Shown piece after piece: positions 62,637 to 64,000 of a stretch of 64,000 nucleotides of DNA. Below the pieces are notes generated by a model. It had not been told where the DNA came from. It ran no database searches and saw only the letters and a program-made list of their open reading frames with translations. Origin of the DNA: an uncultured Bacteroidaceae bacterium (GTDB lineage: Bacteria; Bacteroidota; Bacteroidia; Bacteroidales; GCA-2748055); assembly GCA_964572225.1 (NCBI GenBank), contig CAZNFR010000005.1, forward strand, positions 1,383 through 65,382, in the 5' to 3' direction. The translations under genes were made by a program, and so were the position numbers. Positions within the stretch are counted from its first letter, which is position 1, and each line of letters opens with the position of its first letter.

Positions 62637-63731
62637 GTGATTTTAAAAGACATAATTTCCTTTTTCGATGAGTTTGCTCCCTTTCCACTGCAGGAGTCTT
62701 ATGATAACTCGGGTTTGCAAATAGGAATTCCTGACCAGGAGATCAATGGGGCACTGATCTGCATTGATGTAACAATGTCAGTACTGATGGAAGCTGCAGA
62801 TCATGATCTCAACCTGATCATCTCTCACCATCCACTTATTTTCAATTCCCTGAAATCCCTTACCGGAAAAAGTGAAACGGAAAGAGTTATCTTCGAGGCT
62901 GTCCGCCGGAACATCGCTGTTTTATCTGTTCATACCAATGCAGACAGCGTTGCCAACGGGGTAAATGGAAAGATTTGCGATAAACTGGGTCTGGTGAACA
63001 GAACCATCCTTGTCCCGGCAGTTGACCGTCTGCTTAAACTGGTATTTTTCGTACCGGAAGACCATGCTGAGGGGGTGAGGAATGCTGTTTTTGAAGCCGG
63101 TGCAGGGGTAATCGGAAATTATGACCAGTGTAGCTTTAACGCTGCAGGTCAGGGTACATTCAGGGGTGGGGAAAAAGCGGACCCTTTTGTGGGGGAAAAA
63201 GGAAAGTTGCATTTTGAAAAGGAACTTAGAGTGGAAACCATTCTTCCCGTTTACCTGAAAAATAAAATTGTATCCGCTCTGATCGCCGCTCATCCCTACG
63301 AAGAAGTGGCCTATGATCTGTATCCCCTTTCCAACACCTGGCCCGGGGCAGGAATAGGCATTTTGGGTGAGTTTGAAGAAGAAATGGAAGAACACGAGTT
63401 TCTCAATGCCCTTAAGGTTGTTTTCAATGCCGGTTGCATTCGATATACCGCTCTTCTCGAAAAGAAAATAAAAAAAGTGGCAGTTTGCGGCGGAAGTGGA
63501 AGCTCATTTTTGAAGAAAGCCATTTCCATGGGAGCAGATGCATTTGTAAGCGCCGATTTCAAGTATCATCAATTCTTTGATGCCGAAGGAAAAATCCTGA
63601 TCGCAGATATCGGACATTATGAAAGTGAGCAATTTACAAAAGAACTTTTTTATGAAGCCATGTCAAAAAAATTCCCTAAATTTGCAGTTCGTTTGTCGGA
63701 AGTAAATACAAATCCTATTAATTACCTATAA
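62637..63731 (+). CDS. Nif3-like dinuclear metal-centre hexameric protein (YqfO type with PII-like insert)
   Basis: QESYDNSGLQIG, ISHHPLIF, HTNAD, AHPYEEVAYD, VAVCGGSG, IGHYESEQ. GTG start. Confidence 0.92.
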   Translation: MILKDIISFFDEFAPFPLQESYDNSGLQIGIPDQEINGALICIDVTMSVLMEAADHDLNLIISHHPLIFNSLKSLTGKSETERVIFEAVRRNIAVLSVHTNADSVANGVNGKICDKLGLVNRTILVPAVDRLLKLVFFVPEDHAEGVRNAVFEAGAGVIGNYDQCSFNAAGQGTFRGGEKADPFVGEKGKLHFEKELRVETILPVYLKNKIVSALIAAHPYEEVAYDLYPLSNTWPGAGIGILGEFEEEMEEHEFLNALKVVFNAGCIRYTALLEKKIKKVAVCGGSGSSFLKKAISMGADAFVSADFKYHQFFDAEGKILIADIGHYESEQFTKELFYEAMSKKFPKFAVRLSEVNTNPINYL

Positions 63732-63736
63732 GTTCT

Positions 63737-64000
63737 ATGGCTGAACAGAAATCGAGAATTGAAGAAACTGCGGAAATATCTGTTGAAGATAAATTGAAGG
63801 CACTTTTTCAGCTTCAGCAGGTTGATTCCGAAATTGACAAGATCAGAATATTGAGAGGGGAGCTTCCTCTGGAAGTTCAGGATCTGGAAGATGAGATTGC
63901 GGGTCTTCAAACGCGAATTCAGAACCATGAGGAAGATCTGAAAACCCTGGATCAGAGCATCTCCGGAAAGCAACAGGAGATCCTGAATGCACAATCACTC
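63737..64000 (+). CDS. C4-type zinc-ribbon/coiled-coil protein (DUF164-like), 3'-truncated by window
   Basis: Not in the ORF track because it has no stop in the window. MAEQKSRIEETAEISVEDKLKALFQLQQVDSEIDKIRILRGELPLEVQDLEDEI; this family usually follows Nif3 in Bacteroidota. Confidence 0.85.
   Translation, partial: MAEQKSRIEETAEISVEDKLKALFQLQQVDSEIDKIRILRGELPLEVQDLEDEIAGLQTRIQNHEEDLKTLDQSISGKQQEILNAQSL

Noticed and set aside
62637-63731. Nitrogen fixation gene
   Set aside because: Nif3 is a naming artefact; the protein is a ubiquitous metal-binding family unrelated to nitrogenase.
63722-63994. 90-aa minus-strand ORF in the track
   Set aside because: The real gene is on the plus strand from 63737 (zinc-ribbon family, runs off the window).
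1-64000. CRISPR arrays, tRNA/rRNA, IS elements, prophage, recoded (Sec/Pyl, frameshifted) genes
   Set aside because: I saw no regularly spaced repeats, RNA-gene signatures, transposase or integrase motifs, or interrupted reading frames. Conserved genes appear full length.

Overview
This is a gene-dense, mostly housekeeping window from a Bacteroidota chromosome, probably Bacteroidales/Marinilabiliales-like. That placement is inferred from many TAnnTTTG -7 promoter boxes, Gln at +1 after signal peptides, and gene content. About 54 CDS were recognised, and I found no rRNA, tRNA, CRISPR array or mobile element. In order, the window holds: two tandem receiver/PPDK-type ATP-grasp proteins upstream of gdhA; thrA-HAD-thrB-thrC; fabD; queD-folE; futalosine genes mqnB-mqnD with hldD and an unknown membrane protein; a T9SS plug-like gene; nqrABCDEF-apbE with two convergent small Cys-rich proteins (one NqrM-like); a fused 2-oxoacid dehydrogenase E1; nhaC; holA; four tandem TPR/PD40 (PorE-like) paralogues with different C-terminal anchors; a GT2 fusion; lysA; recR; alaS; three tandem M23 peptidases with a CapA and beta-propeller pair; MerR; Nif3; and a partial zinc-ribbon gene. 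The best candidates for undescribed systems are three. (1) REC-REC-ATP-grasp-phosphoHis-swivel proteins at the gdhA locus, possibly a dikinase-derived phosphorelay. (2) The TPR/PD40 quartet, including a 7-repeat helical stalk protein with a C-terminal membrane anchor. (3) The M23x3-CapA-propeller cell-wall locus. All family assignments come from motifs read by eye; no database search was run.
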